This document shows positions 18,774 to 27,696 of a stretch of 64,000 nucleotides of DNA, piece after piece. The translations under genes were made by a program, and so were the position numbers. Numbering within the stretch: position 1 is the stretch's first letter; each line of letters begins with the position of its first letter. Source of the DNA: Bacteroidales bacterium (lineage in GTDB: Bacteria; Bacteroidota; Bacteroidia; Bacteroidales; GCA-2748055). The notes beneath the pieces are model-generated. The model ran no database searches, was not told the DNA's origin, and was given only the letters and a program-made list of their open reading frames with translations. The stretch lies in contig JAWKKO010000005.1 of the NCBI GenBank assembly GCA_041393235.1, positions 117,186-181,185 on the forward strand, given 5' to 3'.

Positions 18774-19556
18774 CTATTCCGGGAGACGGAAACTGACTCC
18801 GAATCCCATGAAATGATCGGCCGCATCCTCTGTAAGGCCCACCCCAAGGGAGAGGTCCAGTTGCAGGTTGGGCAAGGCCAGGAATGTGATGCCGGCATCC
18901 GCCTTGTGTTCGGGAACATCCTGCCACACCCCGTAGGATTCCATGAAAACTCCCAACCTCGGCGCGACTGCAATGCCGAGAGCGATCGAATACGGCCAGG
19001 TTGGCATGGGGGTATTCCCGTCCCATTCCGCTCCCAGGTTGTATCCCAACGAGAGGGAGGGCGCAAGGGTGTGGGAGAAGGCAAACCGCATGCGGGCCGA
19101 AGCATAACCGGGCCGGAAGTCGTCGGAGGCGGGAAAGGGCCACACCACGCCGCCAAGGAAAGCCATCTCGGGAATCCATCCCTGTTCCTCCAGCATCCGG
19201 GTCTTGAAGCCTGTGTACAGTGGACCGAGTCCGGAAAGATTGTAAGAAAAGCCGGAGTTGGAAAATTCCGCCTTTTCCCCAAGATAGTCAAAACCCAGGC
19301 GGACTTCGAAATTTTTCGTCAGCCCATAGCGGAGAAGGGTGGCATTGTAGGCGATGTTTTTCAAGGTTACTACCTCCCCACGGTCCTTCTGGAGCACAAA
19401 CCCGGTTTCCACCTGCAGGGCTCTGCGAGGGACCACCGAGGAGGATTCGGTTTGATCGGGCCGGTCGGTGGTCAATTCGGGAACTTCCTCCTGGCAAAGC
19501 ACCGGGAAGGTTCCAAGAAGGAACAAGATGGAAAAAAGACAGGTCAACGGTTTCAT
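18774..19556 (-). CDS. Outer-membrane transporter of the MetA-pathway (phenol degradation-like) beta-barrel family
   Basis: Signal peptide MKPLTCLFSILFLLGTFPVLCQ, followed by TDRPDQTESSSVVPRRALQVETGF, a motif I recall as characteristic of this family. The C-terminus is ...GFGVSFRLPE. Confidence 0.7.
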   Translation of the reverse strand: MKPLTCLFSILFLLGTFPVLCQEEVPELTTDRPDQTESSSVVPRRALQVETGFVLQKDRGEVVTLKNIAYNATLLRYGLTKNFEVRLGFDYLGEKAEFSNSGFSYNLSGLGPLYTGFKTRMLEEQGWIPEMAFLGGVVWPFPASDDFRPGYASARMRFAFSHTLAPSLSLGYNLGAEWDGNTPMPTWPYSIALGIAVAPRLGVFMESYGVWQDVPEHKADAGITFLALPNLQLDLSLGVGLTEDAADHFMGFGVSFRLPE

Positions 19557-19599
19557 TAGAATCGCGTTTCAAGGAAAAAGACGATACATTGCACAAATC

Positions 19600-21267
19600 T
19601 TACCGGATGGCCGGATCCGGGGTGTGGGTCAGGGCCGGCGGCAACCGGTCGAGCCAATCGTACCTTTCTGCATGCGGGTCCAATTCCGAATGTGATTCTG
19701 CATCCAGATGCATCTGCCAACGAATGTCTTCATTGGCTGCCGGCCAGGAGGGCAGCCCCGGTCCGTTGGGATCGTGGCTCCGGATGAAATTCTCAAAAAA
19801 GCCCTGCATCACGTCCGATACCCTGAAGTCCTCCGGTTGCCAGTCGTACACGCGGTTGGTGGACAGGTTCCCAAGGGCATACTCGATCTCTGCCGAATGG
19901 ACCGCCCCCACAACAGCAGGGGGTTCCTCGGAGGTCTCACCCCGCACGATGCCACCGGCAAATCCGGGGCTGGCAGGACCGATTTCCGAGCGCATCGCAG
20001 GGCGGGGACGGGCATAAAAATAGCGAAATACCGGACTTTCTCCCGTTTCCCTGTGCAGTTCCATCCATTTCCAGGTGTTGAACCCGGCAAACCGGTCCCC
20101 GGCAAGATCGGTTGCCGCACGGACCACCTCCCCGTCGGTTTGGGCCGGATACATTTGAAGAGCCTCCATCGCATGCGATCCGTACAACTCCTCCAAAACC
20201 CTTCGATACCGGTCCAGCGTCGGTTCGAGCTGTCCGAAAAGAAACATGTGATTCATTTCCATGGAGTTCCACCCCACCAGGAGAGGGACCTTGGCTTGCT
20301 TGCCTTCCGCAAAAATCCGGGAAGGATAATCCGGAAAAAAATAATTGTCCACGTTGGGAGGGAAATAGGGAGCTCCTTCCAAGCCGCTGGTTTCAAGGAT
20401 TTCCTCGGCCGGCATGCCCCGCAACTCCTTCAACGTTTTGCCGCCGGCCAAACGGGCAAACGCCAGACCGAGAGCCTCGGCATCGCTCAGAGAAAGCGGA
20501 ACGATGGTGGAATTCATCAGCGCTCCGCTCTCCCCGATGGCAGCAGAAAACAAGTCTTTCGAAAGCGGGGAGGCCATCTGGGCGCACACCGAACGGGCAC
20601 CGCAGGATTCTCCGGCGATGGTGACCCGCTGCGGGTCCCCGCCGAAGTAGTGAATGTTGTTCCTTACCCAGGCAAGGGCTGCCGCCTGATCCATGAGGGC
20701 ATAGTTGCCCGAACCTGCATGGTTGGATTCCGCTGTGAGCTCGGGATGCGCCATGAATCCAAAAACCCCGAGACGGTAATTCACCGTTACCGAAACGATT
20801 CCCCTTCGAGCCATGCTCTCCCCATCGTACCGGGGTTCGGAACCGTCGCCCGCCCGGTATCCGCCACCATAAAAATAGACCAGGACCGGGTACCCTTCCT
20901 CTCCGGAGCTGGCCGGAGTCCACACGTTCAGATACAGGCAATCCTCGCTCATGCCCGACGCCCTGAAAAACATATCGCCGTAGATGGACAGTTGCATTGC
21001 ACGGGGGCCGAATGCATCCGCTTTCCGGATTCCGGTCCAGACCGGTGCATCCCCGGGCGGTTTCCAACGAAGATCGCCCACCGGAGCCGCTGCGAAGGGA
21101 ATCCCCTTGAATGTTTTGATTCCGGAACCGGAGACTCCCTCGAGCAGCCCCTGTTCCGTTCGTACGATGGGCGGATCGGCCTCCAATTGGGCTTTCACAC
21201 CCAATCCCGGCCACAAACCCAGCCCCACGCATCCCATCCAGATCTTTACAAACCTTTCAACTTTCAT
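19600..21267 (-). CDS. Carboxylesterase/lipase, type B
   Basis: Oxyanion-hole motif YFYGGGYRAGDG, nucleophile elbow GESCGA, and a signal-peptide-like N-terminus. The start (21267 or 21237) is uncertain because repeat sequence runs into the first 10 codons. Confidence 0.9.
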   Translation of the reverse strand: MKVERFVKIWMGCVGLGLWPGLGVKAQLEADPPIVRTEQGLLEGVSGSGIKTFKGIPFAAAPVGDLRWKPPGDAPVWTGIRKADAFGPRAMQLSIYGDMFFRASGMSEDCLYLNVWTPASSGEEGYPVLVYFYGGGYRAGDGSEPRYDGESMARRGIVSVTVNYRLGVFGFMAHPELTAESNHAGSGNYALMDQAAALAWVRNNIHYFGGDPQRVTIAGESCGARSVCAQMASPLSKDLFSAAIGESGALMNSTIVPLSLSDAEALGLAFARLAGGKTLKELRGMPAEEILETSGLEGAPYFPPNVDNYFFPDYPSRIFAEGKQAKVPLLVGWNSMEMNHMFLFGQLEPTLDRYRRVLEELYGSHAMEALQMYPAQTDGEVVRAATDLAGDRFAGFNTWKWMELHRETGESPVFRYFYARPRPAMRSEIGPASPGFAGGIVRGETSEEPPAVVGAVHSAEIEYALGNLSTNRVYDWQPEDFRVSDVMQGFFENFIRSHDPNGPGLPSWPAANEDIRWQMHLDAESHSELDPHAERYDWLDRLPPALTHTPDPAIR

Positions 21268-21308
21268 CCCCTTTACAAACTTTATAACTTTATAACTTTA
21301 TGAACTCC
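21243..21308. repeat. AT-rich ACTTT-phased repeat element, copy 1
   Basis: The sequence tctttacaaacctttcaactttcatcccctttacaaactttataactttataactttatgaactcc lies here. Positions 21270-21295 are identical to 62861-62886 (a 26-mer). The 14-mer at 21243-21256 is identical to the reverse complement of 62709-62722. Confidence 0.8.
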
Positions 21309-21372
21309 TATCCTTCCAATGTAGAAATAATTTCCGATTTTCGACGATCAAACCCAACCCAAAACTCCTGAC

Positions 21373-22905
21373 ATGAAAACCAAACTTGCCTCCTTCGGAT
21401 TCCCAGTCTTTTTGGCATCCTTGCTGTTATCACTTGCATCCTGCACAACCAAGTCCCACTTGATCGACCCGGTGGTGACGACCGCCGCCGGACAGGTGGA
21501 AGGACTTCCCAATGCAGAAGGAACCGTGACCTCCTTCAAAGGCATTCCCTATGCCGCTCCTCCTGTTGGTGAATTCCGATGGAAGGAACCCCAGCCTCCC
21601 CTGCCCTGGGAAGGCGTTCGCGACGCCAGCGAATTTTGCGCCAGTTGCATCCAGGTGAAGCAGGGCTCCCGCCTTCCCTGGTCTGAAGAATTCATGGTAC
21701 AGAACGACATCAGCGAAGATTGCCTCTTTCTGAACATCTGGACCCCGGCGGAAACCGCCGACGACAAACTGGCCGTGCTCGTTTATATCCATGGAGGGGG
21801 ATTTGTTGAAGGATCCGGCGCCATCGTGACCTACGACGGAGAAGAATTGGCGAAAAAAGGCATTGTGGTGGTGACCATCAATTACCGGCTCGGCGTTCTC
21901 GGCTTTCTGGTTCATCCCGAACTCACCGCAGAGTCGCCCAATCAGGCAGCCGGGAACTATGGATTGCTGGACCAGATCGCAGCGCTGCATTGGATCCGGG
22001 AAAACATCGCTGCCTTCGGTGGAGATCCCGGTCGCGTCACCATCGCCGGACAATCGGCCGGTGCCATGTCGGTGCAGGCCCTGACCGCTTCCCCGTTGGC
22101 GAAGGGACTGTTTCATGGAGCCATTACCCAGAGCGGCACATCCTACCGGGGTTTCAGCCTCATGACCACCATGGAGGAAGCAGAACGACGCGGCCTGGAA
22201 TATGCCGGTGCCAAAGGAGTTGACGGACTGGCCGGATTGCGAGGCCTGTCGGCTGAAGAAATCCTGAAACCGGTGGAAGGCCAGGCTGGCATGGGCCGTT
22301 TCTCCACCGTCATCGACGGTTACGTCCTGACCGATGATTACCGCAGCGTCTTTGCCCAGGGCAAACAAAACGATACGCCCTTTCTCACCGGGATGAACCG
22401 GGACGAATTGCGGTATGGAGGCGAACGGTCCGATGAATTCTACCAGCTGTACCTGCCGGAGGCCGATGGCGATACGGCCCTGGCTCTGAAGGCGGCCGGT
22501 CAGGAATATTCCCGGCTCAATGCCTGCCTGTGGCTCGAGCACAGAGCCGTTACTGCGCACACCAAGGGCTATGTATACTACTTCGATCAGGCCATCCCCT
22601 GGCCGGAACACCCCGAATTCGGGGCATTTCATACCGGGGAAGTGCCCTATGTCTTCCAAACCCTGAAGGCCCTGGACCGGCCCTGGACGGAAACGGACAC
22701 ACTCGTCGCCGACCGGATGTCCTCCTACTGGGCCAATTTTGCCAAAACAGGCGACCCCAATGCGGAGGGATTGCCGGTGTGGAATGCCTTCGACGGAAAC
22801 ACGTGGGAGGTCATGGAACTGGGTGCAGACATGGGCATGATCCCTGTCGCATCTTCCGAAACGAGGTTGAATTTCCTGAGAGAGCAGTTGCTGGCAACGG
22901 AGTGA
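21373..22905 (+). CDS. Carboxylesterase/lipase, type B (paralog, lipoprotein-like signal)
   Basis: N-terminus MKTKLASFGFPVFLASLLLSLASC. Oxyanion-hole motif YIHGGGFVEGSG and nucleophile elbow GQSAGA. It is transcribed divergently from the other esterase. Confidence 0.9.
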   Translation: MKTKLASFGFPVFLASLLLSLASCTTKSHLIDPVVTTAAGQVEGLPNAEGTVTSFKGIPYAAPPVGEFRWKEPQPPLPWEGVRDASEFCASCIQVKQGSRLPWSEEFMVQNDISEDCLFLNIWTPAETADDKLAVLVYIHGGGFVEGSGAIVTYDGEELAKKGIVVVTINYRLGVLGFLVHPELTAESPNQAAGNYGLLDQIAALHWIRENIAAFGGDPGRVTIAGQSAGAMSVQALTASPLAKGLFHGAITQSGTSYRGFSLMTTMEEAERRGLEYAGAKGVDGLAGLRGLSAEEILKPVEGQAGMGRFSTVIDGYVLTDDYRSVFAQGKQNDTPFLTGMNRDELRYGGERSDEFYQLYLPEADGDTALALKAAGQEYSRLNACLWLEHRAVTAHTKGYVYYFDQAIPWPEHPEFGAFHTGEVPYVFQTLKALDRPWTETDTLVADRMSSYWANFAKTGDPNAEGLPVWNAFDGNTWEVMELGADMGMIPVASSETRLNFLREQLLATE

Positions 22906-22915
22906 TCCAGGGCCC

Positions 22916-23794
22916 TTAGCAACAGGAGCCGGACTCACGCAAAACCACAATGCCGGGCGCGGCAGATTTTCCTGCAGTGCCCGGCTTTTCTGCATACACC
23001 GTGATGCTGAAAATTCCGGTGGACTTCCCGTGGAAATCCTGTACTTCCTCCCTAGTCAGATACTTCAGCAGCAAATCCTCCGGGAGGGCCACGACCTTCT
23101 CCTTCTGAATGGCCAGGCTCTGAAAACCTGCCTCCCGGATCAGCCCCAGGTAGTCCTCTTTCTGGATTGCGCCGGCCACACAGCCAGCATACATCACCGC
23201 ATCCTCACGCAACGCCTCCGGCAGATCGCCCACAAGCACGATGTCGGAAATGCTGAAATGTCCCCCGGGTTTCAACACCCGGTAAATTTCGCCGATCACT
23301 TTCTTTTTATCGGGAACCAGGTTCAGCACGCAATTGCTCACCACCACATCGGCCACCTGATCGTTCACAGGCATGTCGTCGATGTCCCCTTCCCGGAACT
23401 CCACGTTGTTCAGTCCGAGTTTTTCCGCATTGGACCGTGCTTTGCGGATCATGGCCGGGGTGAAATCAATGCCGATCACCTTCCCCTCCGAACCCGTTTC
23501 GTGACGGGCCACGAAACAATCATTCCCGGCTCCCGATCCCAGGTCAATGACCGTATCCCCTTTCCGGATGTTGGCAAACTCTGTGGGCAGACCACAGCCC
23601 AAACCCAGATCGGCTTCGGCCACATAGCCCTTTGTCCCCGTGTAATCGTCCATCATGATGCTGTAAACCTTGTTGGCCGGGGTGGTTCCTCCGCAGCAAG
23701 AACCGGCTTTCTCGACCCCTCCCTTTTCTGCGAGTCGTCCGTACCGATCCTTTACCATGTCTTTGAGTTCCTTTTCGTTCTTCATGTTTTTCAT
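22916..23794 (-). CDS. arsM: Arsenite S-adenosylmethionine methyltransferase
   Basis: SAM motif I is VIDLGSGAGND. The cysteine set expected for ArsM is present: SCCGG, GCGLP, NCVLNL and AGCVAG. It lies immediately downstream of arsR. Confidence 0.85.
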   Translation of the reverse strand: MKNMKNEKELKDMVKDRYGRLAEKGGVEKAGSCCGGTTPANKVYSIMMDDYTGTKGYVAEADLGLGCGLPTEFANIRKGDTVIDLGSGAGNDCFVARHETGSEGKVIGIDFTPAMIRKARSNAEKLGLNNVEFREGDIDDMPVNDQVADVVVSNCVLNLVPDKKKVIGEIYRVLKPGGHFSISDIVLVGDLPEALREDAVMYAGCVAGAIQKEDYLGLIREAGFQSLAIQKEKVVALPEDLLLKYLTREEVQDFHGKSTGIFSITVYAEKPGTAGKSAAPGIVVLRESGSCC

Positions 23795-23803
23795 TGGTTT
23801 ATT

Positions 23804-23818
23804 GCAATATTACGATGA
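23804..23818. promoter_or_regulatory. Candidate ArsR operator half-conserved copy (gcaatattacgatga) in the arsR-arsM spacer
   Basis: This 15-mer is identical to 24203-24217. It lies in the 40-nt gap between the arsR stop and the arsM start. Confidence 0.4.
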
Positions 23819-23834
23819 TTAACCACAAAAAAAA

Positions 23835-24170
23835 TCAACAACAACGATCTCCCTCCTTGTTTCCCAATTGATTGAAAAGGGCGTCAAACTGGGCTTTGAT
23901 CTCCTCCCATCGCTCCGGATGAATGCAATAGTGGATGCGGGGACCTTCGATGGTCCCCTGGATGACCCCGATCTCCTTCAGCTCGCGCAAATGCTGGCTG
24001 ATGGTCGCCTGGGCCAGGCCCAACTCCTGGACAAGATCCCCGTTGATGCATGCATTCACCTTCAACAGGTACTGAATGATGGCGATCCGGGCCGGGTGGG
24101 CGAAGGCTTTGGCCGATTGGGCCAGCTGGTTCTGCAAATCCGTAAACAGGTCGGTCTTGGTGACACCCAT
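23835..24170 (-). CDS. arsR: ArsR/SmtB-family transcriptional repressor
   Basis: 111 aa with a winged-HTH pattern (AKAFAHPARIAIIQYLL...GDLVQELGLAQATISQHLRELKEIGVI). The C-terminus ends in DRCC. Confidence 0.85.
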   Translation of the reverse strand: MGVTKTDLFTDLQNQLAQSAKAFAHPARIAIIQYLLKVNACINGDLVQELGLAQATISQHLRELKEIGVIQGTIEGPRIHYCIHPERWEEIKAQFDALFNQLGNKEGDRCC

Positions 24171-24197
24171 GGGATTTTTGAATCTGAATTGTCAATT

Positions 24198-24217
24198 TCA
24201 TCGCAATATTACGATGA
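24198..24217. promoter_or_regulatory. Candidate ArsR operator: perfect 6-8-6 palindrome TCATCG-caatatta-CGATGA upstream of arsR
   Basis: Read directly from the sequence. It lies 28-47 nt upstream of the arsR ATG, and its core is repeated at 23804-23818. Confidence 0.45.
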
Positions 24218-24319
24218 ATTGCACAAATCTCCAAACTTCAAGTGGCATAAAATTCGCTCCCAATGCACGAACATAGGGTTCCCAATCACCAATTCGTTGA
24301 CCAGAGGCCAGAATCAGAA

Positions 24320-26902
24320 TCACAGGTATTTTTGCAGCACGCCCATCAGATCGTTGTATCGCACAGGCTTGGAAATGTAATCGGAACAACCGGCCTCCAT
24401 GAGCCGTTTCCGGTCCCCTGCCATGGCATAGGCGGTCTGTGCAATCACGGGAATCGTGGCATTGAATTTCCGAATCTCCCGGGTGGCCTCCTCCCCGCTC
24501 ATTTCCGGCATCCGGATGTCCATGACCACCAGATCGATGCCGGGCTGGTCCTGCAACATGCCCAAAGCCTCAAGGCCGTTTCGGGCACGCAGCACCTGAA
24601 TGGACTTCTGCCGGAGCAAGGTCTGAATGTATTCGAAAGAGATGTCATCGTCCTCGGCCACCAGGATCAGGGATGGCTTCCTGGGAGAAAAATCCAGGAG
24701 CCAATCGCCCCCCTTTCCTTTGTCCTCTTGAACAGGCGTCACCTCCACCGGAAAGAAGAAATGGAAGGTGCTTCCCTGCTGCACCTCCGACTCCACCCTG
24801 AGGTCCCCACCCAACACACGACAATAAGAACGGGCAATGGACAAACCCAGACCGGCTCCTTCGTGGGCACGGGCGTTTCCCAGGTCCGCCTGCACAAAGC
24901 GATCAAAGATGGCATCCTGCCTCCCCTGGGGAATGCCGATCCCGGTATCTTCGACGGAAACCAGCAGGGTGCCGTCCAAACAGGAGCCCTTGATCCGAAT
25001 TTCCCCCCGTTCTGTATATTTTACGGCATTGCTCAGCAGGTTGCCCAGAATGCTGTCGGCCAACCGCCTGTCGGTCCGGATGACCAGGGGCGACTGAATC
25101 AAATCCCTGTCGACATTGATTTTCAACCCCTTGCCAGTGGCAAGGTTCTGATAAAACAAAAAATGATACTGGATCCATTCGGAAATTTTGAATGCCGTAA
25201 ACGTGGGCGAGATCTGCTTGGTTTCGATTTTGGATATCTCGATGAGATCATTGACGGTGTACATCAGGCGAAGGCTGCTGCTTTTGACCAAATCCAGGTA
25301 GTAGTCTTTGGTGGAATCATCCTGGTCCGAATCGCGCAGCAAATCCAGGAAGCCGAGGATTCCGTTCATGGGAGTCCGGATCTCATGGCTGACATTCTGC
25401 AGAAACACGGATTTCAGTCGGTTGCTCTCCTCCGCTTTGTCTTTCGCCCTGCGAAGCTCCAGGTTGACATTCTGCAACTCGGCAACGGAGATGGAAAGCT
25501 TCTGGTTCACCCGGATCAGCTCTTCGCTCTTTTCCTGGATCAGGTTCTGGGCTTCCACAATCTCCGACACATTGTGAAAGACGGTGATCAGAAACGCTTC
25601 CTCCCCGATCTGGATCTCTTTCGCGGATACCAGGATGGTCAGCACCACACCTTGCTTGGTTTTGAGATGCACCTCTCGGTTCAGTACATAGCCCGAGCCA
25701 CGGATCATTTCCCGAAAGCTTCGTGCCTCGTCTGCGGTATGCCAAAGATCGTCAAGGAAGAGTGACGAACCGGTCAGCTCAGCCTCGGAATAGCCCGTCA
25801 GGTCGGCGGTACTCGAGTTCATCTCCTGAATCCGCCAGTCCGACATCCGAACCAGGGTGATGGCATCCGGACTGGACTGAAACAAGTGGTTGAATTTTTC
25901 TTCGGAACTTCGCAATTCAGCGATCATCCGTTCTTTTTCCGTGACGTTCTCCCCGATGCTTGCCGTCCCGACCACCCGGTTGTTTGCATCCTTCAACAGG
26001 GTATTGAACCAGGCCACCATCAGCGGCTTTCCTTCCTTGGTCCGGATCAGGTTTCTCGCATTGACAAAGTTTTCCTTTCCCTGCATGACCCGGCCAAAGG
26101 TTTTCAGCACCGTCTCTTTGTCATCGGCGAGCACCAGTTTTTCAAACCAGTTTTCCCCGATCAATTCGCCGGGCGTGAAACCGGTGACCTTGAAAAAGTA
26201 ATCGTTGCAAAACACGATCCGTTGCTGGTTGTCGATGATGACGGAGAACAGGTTGATGTTCCGAAGCAAATCCGAGAACCGCTTTTCGGATTCGATCAGC
26301 TGGTCTTTGGCCCGCTGGTTATCCCAATGGACCCGGTTCCGGTTCATCAGAAGACCCAGCAACACCGTGGCCAGGGGATAGACGACCAGAACAGGCAGGG
26401 CAATGGTGGATGCGGTCCGAAGGGCAACCTCCCGCGGCAGAAACAGAGTACAGGCAAGCATTCCGATGTGCACCACGGTCCCCAGAACCAGCAGACGGAG
26501 CACCGGCTGATGCAGCTTCAGGCGACCAACCACCTTTCGGTAGAAGAGTCCCAGAGTCCCGGACAAAAGAATGACGGACATGCCCATCAGAACGCCCTCG
26601 CCACCCAGGGAAAATCGATACACAAGGGCAATGACCATGCCCACCACGGTTGGAACTGCACCCAGGTAGAACCCGGCGATGGCCAGAAGGATGGACCGCG
26701 TGTCGAACACGATTCCCGGCACATACACCCAGGGTGTCAGCATGAGCAGGACCGTGAACAGCCCCAGAACCATACCTCCGAGCAACTTGGGCAGAAATCC
26801 ACTGTCTTCCAACGCATCGATGGTTCTTCCCGCATAGAGAAAACTGAACACCAGCAGAAATGCGATGTTTTGGATCAGACCGTTCAGGAGGAAATCAACC
26901 AC
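24320..26902 (-). CDS. Hybrid sensor histidine kinase with N-terminal 5TM-Lyt-type membrane domain, PAS domains and C-terminal REC
   Basis: GTG start. The N-terminal ~190 aa contain about 6 hydrophobic helices. H-box is FLQNVSHEIRTPMNGILGF. ATPase boxes are NLLSNAVKYT, VEDTGIGI and GAGLGLSIARS. REC is ILVAEDDDISF...VVMDIRMP...ISKP. Confidence 0.9.
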   Translation of the reverse strand: MVDFLLNGLIQNIAFLLVFSFLYAGRTIDALEDSGFLPKLLGGMVLGLFTVLLMLTPWVYVPGIVFDTRSILLAIAGFYLGAVPTVVGMVIALVYRFSLGGEGVLMGMSVILLSGTLGLFYRKVVGRLKLHQPVLRLLVLGTVVHIGMLACTLFLPREVALRTASTIALPVLVVYPLATVLLGLLMNRNRVHWDNQRAKDQLIESEKRFSDLLRNINLFSVIIDNQQRIVFCNDYFFKVTGFTPGELIGENWFEKLVLADDKETVLKTFGRVMQGKENFVNARNLIRTKEGKPLMVAWFNTLLKDANNRVVGTASIGENVTEKERMIAELRSSEEKFNHLFQSSPDAITLVRMSDWRIQEMNSSTADLTGYSEAELTGSSLFLDDLWHTADEARSFREMIRGSGYVLNREVHLKTKQGVVLTILVSAKEIQIGEEAFLITVFHNVSEIVEAQNLIQEKSEELIRVNQKLSISVAELQNVNLELRRAKDKAEESNRLKSVFLQNVSHEIRTPMNGILGFLDLLRDSDQDDSTKDYYLDLVKSSSLRLMYTVNDLIEISKIETKQISPTFTAFKISEWIQYHFLFYQNLATGKGLKINVDRDLIQSPLVIRTDRRLADSILGNLLSNAVKYTERGEIRIKGSCLDGTLLVSVEDTGIGIPQGRQDAIFDRFVQADLGNARAHEGAGLGLSIARSYCRVLGGDLRVESEVQQGSTFHFFFPVEVTPVQEDKGKGGDWLLDFSPRKPSLILVAEDDDISFEYIQTLLRQKSIQVLRARNGLEALGMLQDQPGIDLVVMDIRMPEMSGEEATREIRKFNATIPVIAQTAYAMAGDRKRLMEAGCSDYISKPVRYNDLMGVLQKYL

Positions 26903-26973
26903 CGGAGACCACTTTATCGTAAAATAGCAAAAACTTCACGGTTCACCCAAAAAAAACGCCGTTTCGCCCCGGA

Positions 26974-27651
26974 TCACGAGGAGAGAGCCACGGAATCCGC
27001 CGGTCCCGGCTTTCGGTACACCGCTTCCAAAAAAGGCAAACCGATCCGGAACCTCTCCTCCCGGACCAGCATAAATCCCGATTTCTCCAGCAGAAGGTCG
27101 GTGGGACGGTTCAGTTGACAGCCATCGCCGATCTTTTCCCAGAGGGGATTGGCCAAATCCTGTAACCTACCCTTTCCACGATGATGGGACCGGATGTGTT
27201 CCAGAATGACCAGGGTTCCACCGGGCTTCAACCAGGTCATGTAGTTTTCAAGGGCCCGTTGGGGGTCCGGTATCGTGCATAGCACCAGCGTGCATACAAT
27301 GTGATCGAAACGCGCTTCGGACACCAGGTTCAGCATGGCATCCTGACCGCAACCGACGGGAAACAGGCTAAAACGGTCCGAATCCTTTCTCCTCTCCAAT
27401 TTCCTCCTTGCCTGTGCCAGCATGGTGGGAGACGGTTCGATCCCCGTCAGGTGTACCTCCTGACCGTAATAGGATAAATTGACACCGGTGCCCACACCCA
27501 CTTCCAGGATGGCGCCCCTCAGTCCGGACAACAACCGTTTTCTTCGGGCACCCAGATACCGCTTCTCCAGAAGATGCATGAACCGGTCGTATCGGGAACC
27601 GAAAAAGGATCGGTAGCACATGGGATGGGTTTTGACGATGCAAGGTAGCAC
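26974..27651 (-). CDS. Class I SAM-dependent methyltransferase
   Basis: Motif I is ILEVGVGTGVN; the post-I acidic residue and LKPGG motif are present. The start could instead be the internal Met 10 codons downstream. Confidence 0.8.
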   Translation of the reverse strand: MLPCIVKTHPMCYRSFFGSRYDRFMHLLEKRYLGARRKRLLSGLRGAILEVGVGTGVNLSYYGQEVHLTGIEPSPTMLAQARRKLERRKDSDRFSLFPVGCGQDAMLNLVSEARFDHIVCTLVLCTIPDPQRALENYMTWLKPGGTLVILEHIRSHHRGKGRLQDLANPLWEKIGDGCQLNRPTDLLLEKSGFMLVREERFRIGLPFLEAVYRKPGPADSVALSS

Positions 27652-27696
27652 AAACCCGCTCAGAGATTCAAACAGACAAAAGAAATATTCAATTCA

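Noticed and set aside
18304-19179. The N-terminal 290 aa of the 434-aa ORF 17875..19179.
   Set aside because: This part runs in alternative frames across the second STAS-like gene and the MetA-like barrel gene and reads as low-complexity Pro/Arg/Gly text. Only the last 142 aa (from the ATG at 18303) resemble a real protein.
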